Below, piece after piece: positions 8,658 to 16,655 of a DNA stretch of 32,000 bases. Source of the stretch: Cupriavidus necator (GTDB lineage Bacteria; Pseudomonadota; Gammaproteobacteria; Burkholderiales; Burkholderiaceae); contig NZ_CP066019.1 in assembly GCF_016127575.1 (NCBI RefSeq), positions 1,020,001-1,052,000 on the forward strand, given 5' to 3'. Position 1 is the stretch's first letter. Every line of letters starts with the position of its first letter. The notes beneath the pieces are model-generated. The model was given only the letters and a program-made list of their open reading frames with translations, was not told the origin of the DNA and did no database searches. The position numbers and the translations under genes are program-made.

Positions 8658-8999
8658 TCACCGCCCGGTCAGCTGGCGCAGCAGCTTCTGCACGATCCGC
8701 TCATGCTGTTCCAGCGCCGCGTCAAGTGTCTGCGCGCCAAAACTTTCATTGTCCTGCTCGGCCTGCCCGGTCACGCGCGTGATGAACAAGGGGGTGTCCG
8801 TCGGCGCGGCCTCCGACACGCCCCGGAAGCGGGTCGTCACCGTGCCGCCGGACTGCTCCAGCAGGGTGCGGCGGAATACCAGGTCGTTGTCCGCCATCCA
8901 GCGCGACCATTCGTCGTGGTCGGCTACCTGCACTGGCCGGTTCTTCTCATCAAGGATATAGAAGCGGCGCCATTGCTGTGGATCGTGACGAGGCTTCAT
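8658..8999 (-). CDS. small conserved hypothetical protein (113 aa)
   Basis: Strong RBS GGAGGTGG 6 nt upstream of ATG 8999. Protein-like composition. It has visibly more A/T-ending codons than its neighbours. No domain recognised. The loose pattern W..W...D..V....GG.V.T.F.G resembles small phage-associated hypotheticals, but that is recollection only. Confidence 0.6.
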   Translation of the reverse strand: MKPRHDPQQWRRFYILDEKNRPVQVADHDEWSRWMADNDLVFRRTLLEQSGGTVTTRFRGVSEAAPTDTPLFITRVTGQAEQDNESFGAQTLDAALEQHERIVQKLLRQLTGR

Positions 9000-9135
9000 C
9001 GACTACCACCTCCGTGGGGTTGTGGCCCGCTTGTCACCCGGGCCCGACGGCCAATGTGCTTTGCAAGCGACTACCGCGCAACGCAAGTGCACGATCTCAA
9101 CGCCGCCCTGCAGCTAGTCTATTTGACGGATGCGT

Positions 9136-9285
9136 TCATGCCAGCGCGCCGTTGCCGTCCTCGACCTGGCATCCGGCCGGCGCCTCAAGCCCGGCGCCGA
9201 TGCGCGCGAACTGGCCGTCTGCGATCAGGATATCGACCTGGTTCCCGGCTGCGAGCCGGACATTGCGGACCAACAGTTGATTCAT
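9136..9285 (-). pseudogene. 49-codon remnant of a metal-dependent amidohydrolase N-terminus (cytosine deaminase / D-aminoacylase-like)
   Basis: Hand translation gives MNQLLVRNVRLAAGNQVDILIADGQFARIGAGLEAPAGCQVEDGNGALA*. This matches the canonical N-terminal beta-sandwich start of amidohydrolases (..IRNARL.DG..VDI.I.DG.IA.IG..L......ID..G..). It stops before the expected PG..D.HxH metal motif, and no continuation appears in any frame. Confidence 0.5.
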
Positions 9286-9350
9286 TGCATCTTCCGTTAT
9301 TTCAGGATGAAGCCGCCTTCAGGACGGCGGGGCTTGTCTCTCGGCACGGT

Positions 9351-10934
9351 TCAACGCTGCGGGGCGCGCATGCCGCCGCGCGGCAGGCAGCCGAGCAGCC
9401 TGTCGAAGGCCGGCGCGATGTCCTCCTCCGGCACGCAGGCATACCCCAGCAGCAGGCCTCGCTGCACGGCATCGCCGATGAAATAGCGCGACAGCGGCCG
9501 CACCATGATGCCGCGCGCGCGGGCGGCGGCGGTGATGGCCACGTCGTCGGCATCGTCGGGCAGGCGCAGCACCAGGTGAAGGCCGGCATTGCTGCCGTGC
9601 TCATGCAGCGCGCCGGGGCCGAGATAGCGCTCGATCAACGCGGCCAGGATGGCGCGCCGTCGGGCATACAGCGGCCGCATGCGGCGGATGTGGGCGGCAT
9701 AGTCGCCGGCCTGCATGAATTCGGCGACGGTTGCCTGCGTCATCAGGTGGCCGGCCCGGTATAGCTCGGCGTGCGCGGTCTGGAAGGCGCCGGCCAGGCT
9801 GCGCGGCAACACCAGGTAGCCCATGCGCAAGCCCGGATAGAGGGTCTTGCTGAAGGTGCCGATATAGATCACCGGCGCATCCGGCTCCATGCCCTGCAAC
9901 GACGGGATCGGCTGCCCGGAAAAACGGAACTCGCTGTCGTAGTCGTCCTCCACGATCCAGCTGCCGCGCTGGCGGGCGTACTCCAGCAGCGCGCGCCGGC
10001 GCTTCAGGCTCATCACGGCGCCAAGCGGGTACTGGTGCGAGGGCGTGACGAAGATAAAGCGCGGCGCGGGCATCTCCCCGCCGGCCTCCGTGTCGGGCAG
10101 CGTCAGGCCCTCGTCGTCGACCAGCTTCGGCACCATGCCGATATCGCTGACCTGCAGCACGCCGCGGATTCCCCAATAGCTGGGTTCCTCCACCCACGCC
10201 TGGTCGCCGGGCGAGCCCAGCATCCTCACCACCAGGTCGATGGCCTGGTGTATGCCCTCGGTGATCAGCACCTGGTCCGGATCGCAGCGCACCGAGCGCG
10301 CTACCCGCAGATGCGCCGCCAGGGCTTCGCGCAGCGCCGGCAGCCCGCCGCCATGGCTGTAGCTCAGCCACTCCGGGTGCGGGTTGCGCCACACGCGGGC
10401 CGAGATCTGTGCATAGCGGCGATGCGGGAAGCGCGTGACGTCGGGAACGCCCGGCATGAATGCGCCCCATTGCGTGGGCGAGGCCGAGGCATTGGCCAGC
10501 AGCCGCTGTCCGCGCGGTGACAGCCCGGGCATGGCCTGCGGCCCGACCTCGGTCGCCGGCACCGCGGCGGCGTTCAGGTAGCGCTCCGGCGCGGTGGCGG
10601 CAACGAAGGTGCCGCTGCCGGTGCGTGCATACAGGTAGCCCTCGGCCAGCAGCTGGTCGTAGGCAAACATCACCGTATTGCGAGACAGCCCCAGTTCGGC
10701 GGCCAGGTCGCGTTGCGGCGGCAAGCGGGTGGCCGGCGCAAGGCTGCCGTCCTGTATCGCGCCGCGGATGCATTCGTAGAGGCCGCGGTTGAGCGGTTTG
10801 CCCAGTGCCGCCGTGCCTTCGGGGCCCAGGCGCTGGAGCAGCTGGTCGCCGCAGATCGATTTCAAATTGGCACCATCGGAATTGCGAAAGCGGTACTGGA
10901 TTATAGGGCCAAGGCCGGTTGAAATGGCTGGCAT
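9351..10934 (-). CDS. gabR: MocR/GabR-type regulator (GntR wHTH fused to a fold-type I aminotransferase-like domain)
   Basis: 527 aa from ATG 10934. wHTH PPQRDLAAELGLSRNTVMFAYDQLLAEGYLYARTGSGTFVA, then an aminotransferase-like domain (YIGTFSKTLYPGLRMGYLV with the PLP Lys). Divergent from gabT-gabD, as in the B. subtilis paradigm. The listed ORF start (11000) would collide with the gabT start. A TTG at 10865 is an alternative. Confidence 0.85.
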   Translation of the reverse strand: MPAISTGLGPIIQYRFRNSDGANLKSICGDQLLQRLGPEGTAALGKPLNRGLYECIRGAIQDGSLAPATRLPPQRDLAAELGLSRNTVMFAYDQLLAEGYLYARTGSGTFVAATAPERYLNAAAVPATEVGPQAMPGLSPRGQRLLANASASPTQWGAFMPGVPDVTRFPHRRYAQISARVWRNPHPEWLSYSHGGGLPALREALAAHLRVARSVRCDPDQVLITEGIHQAIDLVVRMLGSPGDQAWVEEPSYWGIRGVLQVSDIGMVPKLVDDEGLTLPDTEAGGEMPAPRFIFVTPSHQYPLGAVMSLKRRRALLEYARQRGSWIVEDDYDSEFRFSGQPIPSLQGMEPDAPVIYIGTFSKTLYPGLRMGYLVLPRSLAGAFQTAHAELYRAGHLMTQATVAEFMQAGDYAAHIRRMRPLYARRRAILAALIERYLGPGALHEHGSNAGLHLVLRLPDDADDVAITAAARARGIMVRPLSRYFIGDAVQRGLLLGYACVPEEDIAPAFDRLLGCLPRGGMRAPQR

Positions 10935-10999
10935 CGCTGGGCCCCTGCCAGCGGTGCCCGTTTCGCGAGTCGGCCGGTGCCGACAGTCCTTACCGCACA

Positions 11000-12271
11000 A
11001 TGACCATGAAAAACCTCGAACTGAACCAACGCCGTACCCTCGCGACGCCGCGCGGCGTGGGCGTGATGTGCGATTTCTACGCCGACCGCGCCGAGAACGC
11101 CACGCTGTGGGACGTGGAAGGCCGTGCCTACACGGACTTCGCCGCCGGCATCGCCGTGCTCAACACGGGCCATCGCCACCCGCGCGTGATGCAGGCCATC
11201 GCCGCGCAGCTGGAGCGTTTCACGCATACCGCCTACCAGATCGTGCCCTACCAGGGCTATGTCACGCTGGCCGAGCGCATCAACGCGCTGGTGCCGATCC
11301 AGGGCCTGAACAAGACGGCCCTGTTCACCACCGGCGCAGAGGCCGTGGAGAATGCCATCAAGATCGCCCGTGCGCATACCGGCCGCCCCGGCGTGATCGC
11401 CTTCTCGGGCGCCTTCCATGGACGCACGCTGCTGGGCATGGCGCTGACCGGCAAGGTGGCGCCGTACAAGATCGGGTTTGGCCCGTTCCCCTCCGACATC
11501 TACCACGCTCCGTTCCCCAGCGCGCTGCATGGCGTCAGCACTGAGCGGGCGCTGCAGGCGCTTGAAGGCCTGTTCAAGACCGATATCGATCCGGCCCGCG
11601 TGGCCGCGATCATCGTTGAGCCGGTGCAGGGCGAAGGCGGCTTCCAGGCGGCGCCGGCCGATTTCATGCGGGGGCTGCGGGCCGTATGCGATCAGCACGG
11701 CATCGTGCTGATCGCCGATGAAGTGCAGACCGGCTTTGGCCGTACCGGCAAGATGTTCGCGATGTCGCACCATGACGTGGAGCCGGACCTGATCACCATG
11801 GCCAAGAGCCTGGCCGGCGGCATGCCGCTGTCGGCGGTCAGCGGCCGGGCCGCGATCATGGATGCACCGCTGCCCGGCGGCCTCGGCGGCACCTATGCCG
11901 GTAATCCGCTGGCGGTGGCGGCGGCGCACGCGGTCATCGACGTCATCGAGGAAGAAAAGCTGTGCGAGCGCTCTGCCAGCCTGGGCCAGCAGTTGCGCGA
12001 GCACCTGCTGGCGCAGCGCAAGCACTGCCCCGCAATGGCCGAGGTGCGCGGGCTGGGTTCGATGGTTGCCGCCGAATTCTGCGATCCCGCCACAGGCCAG
12101 CCCAGCGCCGAGCATGCCAAGCGCGTGCAGACGCGTGCGCTGGAAGCCGGACTGGTGCTGCTGACCTGCGGCACCTACGGCAATGTCATCCGCTTCCTTT
12201 ATCCGCTCACCATCCCGCAGGCGCAGTTCGACGCGGCGCTGGCGGTGCTGACCCAGGCGCTGGCCGAATAA
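11000..12271 (+). CDS. gabT: 4-aminobutyrate--2-oxoglutarate aminotransferase
   Basis: 423 aa from ATG 11000 (or 11006). MTMKNLELNQRRTLATPRGVGVMCDFYADRAENATLWDVEGRAYTDFAAGIAVLNTGHRHP is collinear with E. coli GabT. PLP lysine in ITMAKSLAGGMPLSAV. Confidence 0.92.
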   Translation: MTMKNLELNQRRTLATPRGVGVMCDFYADRAENATLWDVEGRAYTDFAAGIAVLNTGHRHPRVMQAIAAQLERFTHTAYQIVPYQGYVTLAERINALVPIQGLNKTALFTTGAEAVENAIKIARAHTGRPGVIAFSGAFHGRTLLGMALTGKVAPYKIGFGPFPSDIYHAPFPSALHGVSTERALQALEGLFKTDIDPARVAAIIVEPVQGEGGFQAAPADFMRGLRAVCDQHGIVLIADEVQTGFGRTGKMFAMSHHDVEPDLITMAKSLAGGMPLSAVSGRAAIMDAPLPGGLGGTYAGNPLAVAAAHAVIDVIEEEKLCERSASLGQQLREHLLAQRKHCPAMAEVRGLGSMVAAEFCDPATGQPSAEHAKRVQTRALEAGLVLLTCGTYGNVIRFLYPLTIPQAQFDAALAVLTQALAE

Positions 12272-12280
12272 GGGGAACAC

Positions 12281-13732
12281 ATGGAACTCCAACATACCGC
12301 GCTGTTGCGCAGCCATTGCCTGATCGACGGGGAATGGACCGGGGCGCAAAGCGGCGCAGAGCTCGCCGTCTGCAACCCGGCAACCGGTGAACGGATCGGC
12401 TCGGTGCCCCTGGCCGGCGCGGCTGAAGCCGAACAGGCGGTGCGCGCCGCCGAGCGCGCGCTGCCGGCGTGGCGCGCACAGACGGGCAAGGCGCGTGCCG
12501 CCGTGCTGCGCCGCTGGGCCGATCTGATGCTGGCGCACCAGGAAGACCTGGCCCGGCTGATGACCGCAGAGCAAGGCAAGCCCCTGCCCGAGGCGCGTGG
12601 CGAGGTGGCCTATGCCGCGAGCTTTCTCGAGTGGTTTGGCGAGGAAGCCAAGCGGGTCGATGGCGAGGTGCTGGCCAGCCCGCGCAGCAGCCAGAAGATG
12701 CTGGTGCTGCGCGAACCGGTGGGCGTGTGCGCGGCCATTACGCCGTGGAACTTCCCCGCGGCGATGATCACGCGCAAGGTCGGCCCGGCGCTCGCCGCCG
12801 GCTGCACCATCATCGTCAAGCCGGCCGAACAGACGCCGCTCACGGCGCTGGCGCTGGCAGTGCTGGGCGAACAGGCCGGCGTGCCGCGTGGCGTGCTGCA
12901 GGTGGTGACCGGCGACGCCGTGCAGATCGGCGGCGTGCTGTGCGCCAGCCCGGTGGTGCGCAAGCTCAGCTTTACCGGCTCGACCGCGATCGGCAAGCTG
13001 CTGATGGCGCAGTGCGCAGGCACCGTGAAGAAGCTCTCGCTGGAACTGGGTGGCAATGCGCCGCTGATCATCTTCGATGACGCGGACCTGGATCGCGCGG
13101 TCGAGGGCATCCTTGCCTCCAAGTTCCGCAACAGCGGCCAGACCTGTGTCTGCGCCAACCGCATCTATGTGCACGACCGCGTCTACGACGAGGTCGCGCG
13201 CCGGCTGGTCAGCGCGGTCGAGCAGTTGCGGCCGGGCCATGGCGTCGACAGCGGGGTCACGCAAGGCCCGCTCATCGACGCCGACGCGGTGGCCAAGGTC
13301 GAAGCGCATATCGCCGACGCGCTCGCGCAAGGCGCCACGGTGCTGACGGGCGGCCAGCGCCATGCGCTGGGCGGCACCTTCTTCGCGCCCACGGTGCTGG
13401 CCAATGCGACTGCGTCGATGCGGGTCGCGCGCGAGGAGACCTTCGGCCCGCTGGCACCGCTGTTCCGCTTCACCAGCGAAGCAGAAGTGGTGGCGATGGC
13501 CAACGATACCGAATCCGGGTTGGCCGCTTACTTCTTCTCGCGCGACATGGCGAAGATCTGGCGCGTGGCGCAGGGGCTCGAGTACGGCATGGTCGGCATC
13601 AATACCGGGCTGATCTCCAATGAGGTGGCGCCGTTCGGCGGCGTCAAGCAATCGGGGCTGGGCCGGGAAGGCTCACGCCATGGCATCGACGAGTATCTGG
13701 AGACGAAGTACCTCTGCATGGAAGTCGAATAA
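12281..13732 (+). CDS. gabD: succinate-semialdehyde dehydrogenase (NAD(P)+)
   Basis: 483 aa. Aldehyde dehydrogenase motifs LELGGNAP (Glu) and GQTCVCANR (Cys), plus FTGSTAIGK. Lies 9 nt downstream of gabT. Confidence 0.92.
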   Translation: MELQHTALLRSHCLIDGEWTGAQSGAELAVCNPATGERIGSVPLAGAAEAEQAVRAAERALPAWRAQTGKARAAVLRRWADLMLAHQEDLARLMTAEQGKPLPEARGEVAYAASFLEWFGEEAKRVDGEVLASPRSSQKMLVLREPVGVCAAITPWNFPAAMITRKVGPALAAGCTIIVKPAEQTPLTALALAVLGEQAGVPRGVLQVVTGDAVQIGGVLCASPVVRKLSFTGSTAIGKLLMAQCAGTVKKLSLELGGNAPLIIFDDADLDRAVEGILASKFRNSGQTCVCANRIYVHDRVYDEVARRLVSAVEQLRPGHGVDSGVTQGPLIDADAVAKVEAHIADALAQGATVLTGGQRHALGGTFFAPTVLANATASMRVAREETFGPLAPLFRFTSEAEVVAMANDTESGLAAYFFSRDMAKIWRVAQGLEYGMVGINTGLISNEVAPFGGVKQSGLGREGSRHGIDEYLETKYLCMEVE

Positions 13733-13739
13733 CAACAAT

Positions 13740-13756
13740 GGGGTGAGGAACACCCC
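13740..13756 (+). terminator. short stem-loop just after gabD (GGGGTG-aggaa-CACCCC), no U-tract
   Basis: Perfect 6-bp stem with a 5-nt loop, 8 nt after the gabD stop. It lacks a T-run, so terminator function is uncertain. Confidence 0.3.
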
Positions 13757-13925
13757 ACCACCAGGGCGGGGCACGGCGCACCCACGCAGTGCGCTGGCCC
13801 CACGGAGACAAGACAGTCCGGCGAATGCCGGTGCCAGGTGGGCGACTCCGGTGCAAGACCTGCGCAAACTTCCAGGAAACGGAAGGGGGCGGACAGGACG
13901 CGCGCCGCGATCGGCCCAACGCCAA

Positions 13926-13940
13926 TGGCACGCATATTGC
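13926..13940 (+). promoter_or_regulatory. candidate sigma-54 (-24/-12) promoter upstream of the Bug-GGT pair
   Basis: TGGCACgcataTTGC matches TGGCAC-N5-TTGC with exact spacing. It is intergenic, in the same orientation as and 66 nt upstream of ATG 14006. Confidence 0.4.
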
Positions 13941-14005
13941 GGACTGGGAAGTGCCATCCGTTGCTGTCAGCGGATGCCATTTCTTCTATCGATGAGGGTA
14001 CAAAG

Positions 14006-14983
14006 ATGCGTTCCACTGCTATCCGCAGCCTGCTTGCAGTCGCCATGCTGGCGGCCTCTTCACTGGCACTTGCGCAAGGCGCCCGCGACTGGCCCAGCCA
14101 GCCGGTGCGTATTGTCGTGCCGTTCCAGGCCGGCTCGGCCACAGACCTGATCTCGCGGCAGATCGGCCTTGGCCTCGGCAAGGAATACGGCCAGACCTTC
14201 GTGGTTGAAAACCGCCCGGGCGCCGCCGCGATGATCGGCAGCGAGGCGGCCGCGCGCGCGCCGGCCGATGGCTATACGCTGCTGATGTCCGGGCCGGCGT
14301 CGATGGTGACCAACCGGTTCCTGTACAAGAAGCTCAGCTATGACCCGGATGCGTTCGAGAAGGTGGCAGTGGTCGCGGTCACGCCGAATATCCTGTTGTC
14401 CAACCCCTCGCTGCCGTTCAAGACGCTGCCCGAGATGGTCGCGTATGCCAAGGCCAATCCGGGCAAGCTGACCTATGCCTCGTTCGGTGCCGGCACCACC
14501 TCGCATATCGCCGGCGAGATGCTGAAGGCCGCGGCCGGCATCGATATCGTCCATGTGCCGTACAAGGGCGCCGGCGAAGCGATCCCGGCGCTGCTGTCGG
14601 GCCAGGTGTCGATGTATTTCGACACCATCATGACCGGCCTGCCGTATGTGAAGGCCGGCAAGCTGCGCGCGCTCGGCATGTCCACCGCAAAGCGCTCGCC
14701 CAACGCGCCGGAGATTCCGACGATTGCCGAGCAGGGTTATGCCGGCTTCGATATCGCGCCGTGGTACGGCATTGTCGCGCCCAAGGGCACGCCGGCCGAC
14801 GTGGTCAGCAAGCTCAATGTCTCGATCAACAAGCTGCTCAAGGCGCCGGAGTTCCGTGAACGCCTGGCTGCCACCGGCGCCGAGCCGCGCGGCGGCAGCG
14901 TCGGCGATTTCAGCGCGATGGTCAGCGCGGAGATCCCGCGCACCGAAAAGCTGGTCAAGCAGTCCGGCGTGACCCTGCAATAA
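14006..14983 (+). CDS. Bug-family (TctC-like) periplasmic solute-binding receptor of tripartite tricarboxylate transporters
   Basis: 325 aa from internal ATG 14006 (GAGGG RBS). Signal peptide MRSTAIRSLLAVAMLAASSLALA, then WPSQPVRIVVPFQAGSATD, typical of the family. Confidence 0.9.
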   Translation: MRSTAIRSLLAVAMLAASSLALAQGARDWPSQPVRIVVPFQAGSATDLISRQIGLGLGKEYGQTFVVENRPGAAAMIGSEAAARAPADGYTLLMSGPASMVTNRFLYKKLSYDPDAFEKVAVVAVTPNILLSNPSLPFKTLPEMVAYAKANPGKLTYASFGAGTTSHIAGEMLKAAAGIDIVHVPYKGAGEAIPALLSGQVSMYFDTIMTGLPYVKAGKLRALGMSTAKRSPNAPEIPTIAEQGYAGFDIAPWYGIVAPKGTPADVVSKLNVSINKLLKAPEFRERLAATGAEPRGGSVGDFSAMVSAEIPRTEKLVKQSGVTLQ

Positions 14984-15001
14984 GCCGCGTGCAGCAACCC
15001 T

Positions 15002-15025
15002 GGGGCGCCGCCCGCGCGCCCCTTT
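15002..15025 (+). terminator. GC-rich hairpin plus TTT between the Bug and GGT genes (possible attenuator or weak terminator)
   Basis: GGGGCGC (15002-15008) pairs with GCGCCCC (15016-15022), followed by TTT. Confidence 0.3.
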
Positions 15026-15048
15026 ACCTGTTCTGAATGGAGTTCCCG

Positions 15049-16638
15049 ATGTTGCCTTTCGACTGGACCTTTCCCTACCCGTCGCAAAAGATGCCGCTGC
15101 TGGCCGCCAACGCGGTCAGCACCAGCCAGCCCCTCGCCGCGCAGGCGGGGCTGCGCATGCTGTACGAAGGCGGCAATGCCATCGACAGCGCCATTGCCAG
15201 TGCGATTGCGCTGACCGTGGTGGAGCCGGTGATGAACGGCATTGGCGGGGACATGTTCGCGCTGGTCTGGCACGAGGGGCAGCTGTACGGGCTCAACTCC
15301 AGCGGCCGGGCGCCGGCGCGTTGGACCCTGGATCATTTCGCCGGGCACGACAGCATGCCCCAGGTGGGCTGGGATACGGTCACCGTGCCGGGCCAGGTCG
15401 CGGGCTGGAAGGCGCTGTCGGTCCGCTTCGGCAAGCTGCCGTTCGCGCGGCTGTTCGCGCCGGCCATCGAGTACGCTGAACAGGGCTTCCTGGTGTCGCC
15501 GCAGATCGCACGGCAATGGGCCGCACAGGTGCCGGTGCTGGCCGGCCAGCCTGGCTTTGCCAAGGCGTTCCTGCGCGACGGCAGGGCACCGCAGGCGGGC
15601 GAGCGCTGGCGCTTCCCGGAGCAGGCCGCCACGCTGCAGCGCATTGCCGAGAGCGATGGCGAGAGCTTCTACACGGGTGAACTCGCCGCGCGCATCGTCG
15701 CGTTCGCCGAGGAAACCGGAGGCGCCATCCGTGCCGACGACCTGGCCGCACATCGCGCCGCCTGGGTCCAGCCAATGGCGCAGCAGTTCCGCGGCTACAC
15801 GCTCCATGAAATTCCCCCGAACGGCCAGGGCATCGCCGCGCTGATCGGCCTTGGCATCCTGGACCGCTTCGACGTGGAAGGCATGGGCTGCGACAGCGCC
15901 GGCTTCTATCACGTCAGCATCGAGGCGATGAAGCTGGCCTTCGCCGACCTGCACCGCCACGTGTCGGACCCGTCCACCATGCAGCACGCGCCCGCCGCCT
16001 TCCTGGATCCGGCCTATCTTGCCGAGCGCGCGGCGCTGATCGACATGAAACGCGCCGGCACACCTACCGCTGGCATCCCGAAGAGCGGCGGCACCGTCTA
16101 CCTGTCCAGCGCGGATGCGGCGGGTTCGATGGTGTCGTATATCCAGTCCAACTACCGCGGCTTCGGCTCCGGCGTGGTGGTGCCTGGCACCGGCATCGCG
16201 CTGCATAACCGCGGCGCGGGCTTCAACCTCAAGCCCGGCCACGCCAACTGCGTGGCGCCGGGCAAGCAGCCGATGCACACCATCATCCCGGGCTTCGTCA
16301 CCCGCAATGGCGAGCCGGTGATGTCATTCGGCGTGATGGGTGGCTCGATGCAGGCACAGGGCCACGTCCAGATGATGGCGCGGCTTGCCGCCTTCGGCCA
16401 GAATCCGCAGGCCATGAGCGATGCCCCGCGCTTCCGCGTTGAGCACGGGCCGGTGGTCAATGTCGAGGCGCATCTGCCGCCGGATGTGGTCGCCACGCTG
16501 CGCGGCATGGGCCATCGCGTTGAAGTGGCGCCGCGCGACAGCCTGGAGTTCGGCTCGGCGCAGCTCATCTACAAGGCGCCGGACGGCTACATCGCGGCCT
16601 CGGACTCGCGGCGCGACGGGCAGGCAGTGGGGTTTTAG
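15049..16638 (+). CDS. gamma-glutamyltransferase-family Ntn hydrolase, no signal peptide
   Basis: 529 aa from ATG 15049 (GGAG 6 nt upstream; alternative ATG at 15037). AVSTSQPLAAQAGLRMLYEGGNAIDSAIA, GIGGDMF, and the autoprocessing/nucleophile context KSGGTVYLSSAD...SNYRGFGSGVVVPGTGIALHNRGAGF. Confidence 0.85.
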   Translation: MLPFDWTFPYPSQKMPLLAANAVSTSQPLAAQAGLRMLYEGGNAIDSAIASAIALTVVEPVMNGIGGDMFALVWHEGQLYGLNSSGRAPARWTLDHFAGHDSMPQVGWDTVTVPGQVAGWKALSVRFGKLPFARLFAPAIEYAEQGFLVSPQIARQWAAQVPVLAGQPGFAKAFLRDGRAPQAGERWRFPEQAATLQRIAESDGESFYTGELAARIVAFAEETGGAIRADDLAAHRAAWVQPMAQQFRGYTLHEIPPNGQGIAALIGLGILDRFDVEGMGCDSAGFYHVSIEAMKLAFADLHRHVSDPSTMQHAPAAFLDPAYLAERAALIDMKRAGTPTAGIPKSGGTVYLSSADAAGSMVSYIQSNYRGFGSGVVVPGTGIALHNRGAGFNLKPGHANCVAPGKQPMHTIIPGFVTRNGEPVMSFGVMGGSMQAQGHVQMMARLAAFGQNPQAMSDAPRFRVEHGPVVNVEAHLPPDVVATLRGMGHRVEVAPRDSLEFGSAQLIYKAPDGYIAASDSRRDGQAVGF

Positions 16639-16655
16639 GGGCGAGCCGCCCGCGG

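Noticed and set aside
7556-8999. Small protein + MBL hydrolase as a toxin-antitoxin or anti-phage defence pair
   Set aside because: There are no hallmark domains (no HEPN, PIN, AAA+, helicase, methylase, SIR2 or TIR), no neighbouring mobile or defence genes, and the MBL protein looks like a general RNase Z-type enzyme. It is kept only as a low-key co-occurrence question.
8424-9764. 446-aa plus-strand ORF bridging the MBL gene, the small gene, the amidohydrolase stump and gabR
   Set aside because: It runs antisense through three independently supported minus-strand genes and their intergenic regions, and has no motifs.
10868-10885. TGGCAC...TTGC sigma-54-like element near gabR/gabT
   Set aside because: The GG-to-GC spacing is 3 nt too long for a -24/-12 promoter. 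It also lies inside the preferred gabR coding region.
10901-13651. 916-aa ORF on the minus strand spanning both gabT and gabD
   Set aside because: It is antisense to two genes with unmistakable homology motifs. Its translation is Arg/Ala/Gly/His-rich with no motifs. This is the stop-poor antisense frame typical of high-GC coding DNA.
14737-16278. 513-aa minus-strand ORF opposite the GGT gene. Similar long shadow ORFs: 5589..6842, 17279..18619, 19266..20618, 21065..22066, 22524..23486, 28301..29269, 30719..31972, 3692..4555, 14060..14980.
   Set aside because: All overlap a better-supported gene on the other strand. They have low-complexity R/A/G/P-rich translations and lack RBS or recognisable motifs.
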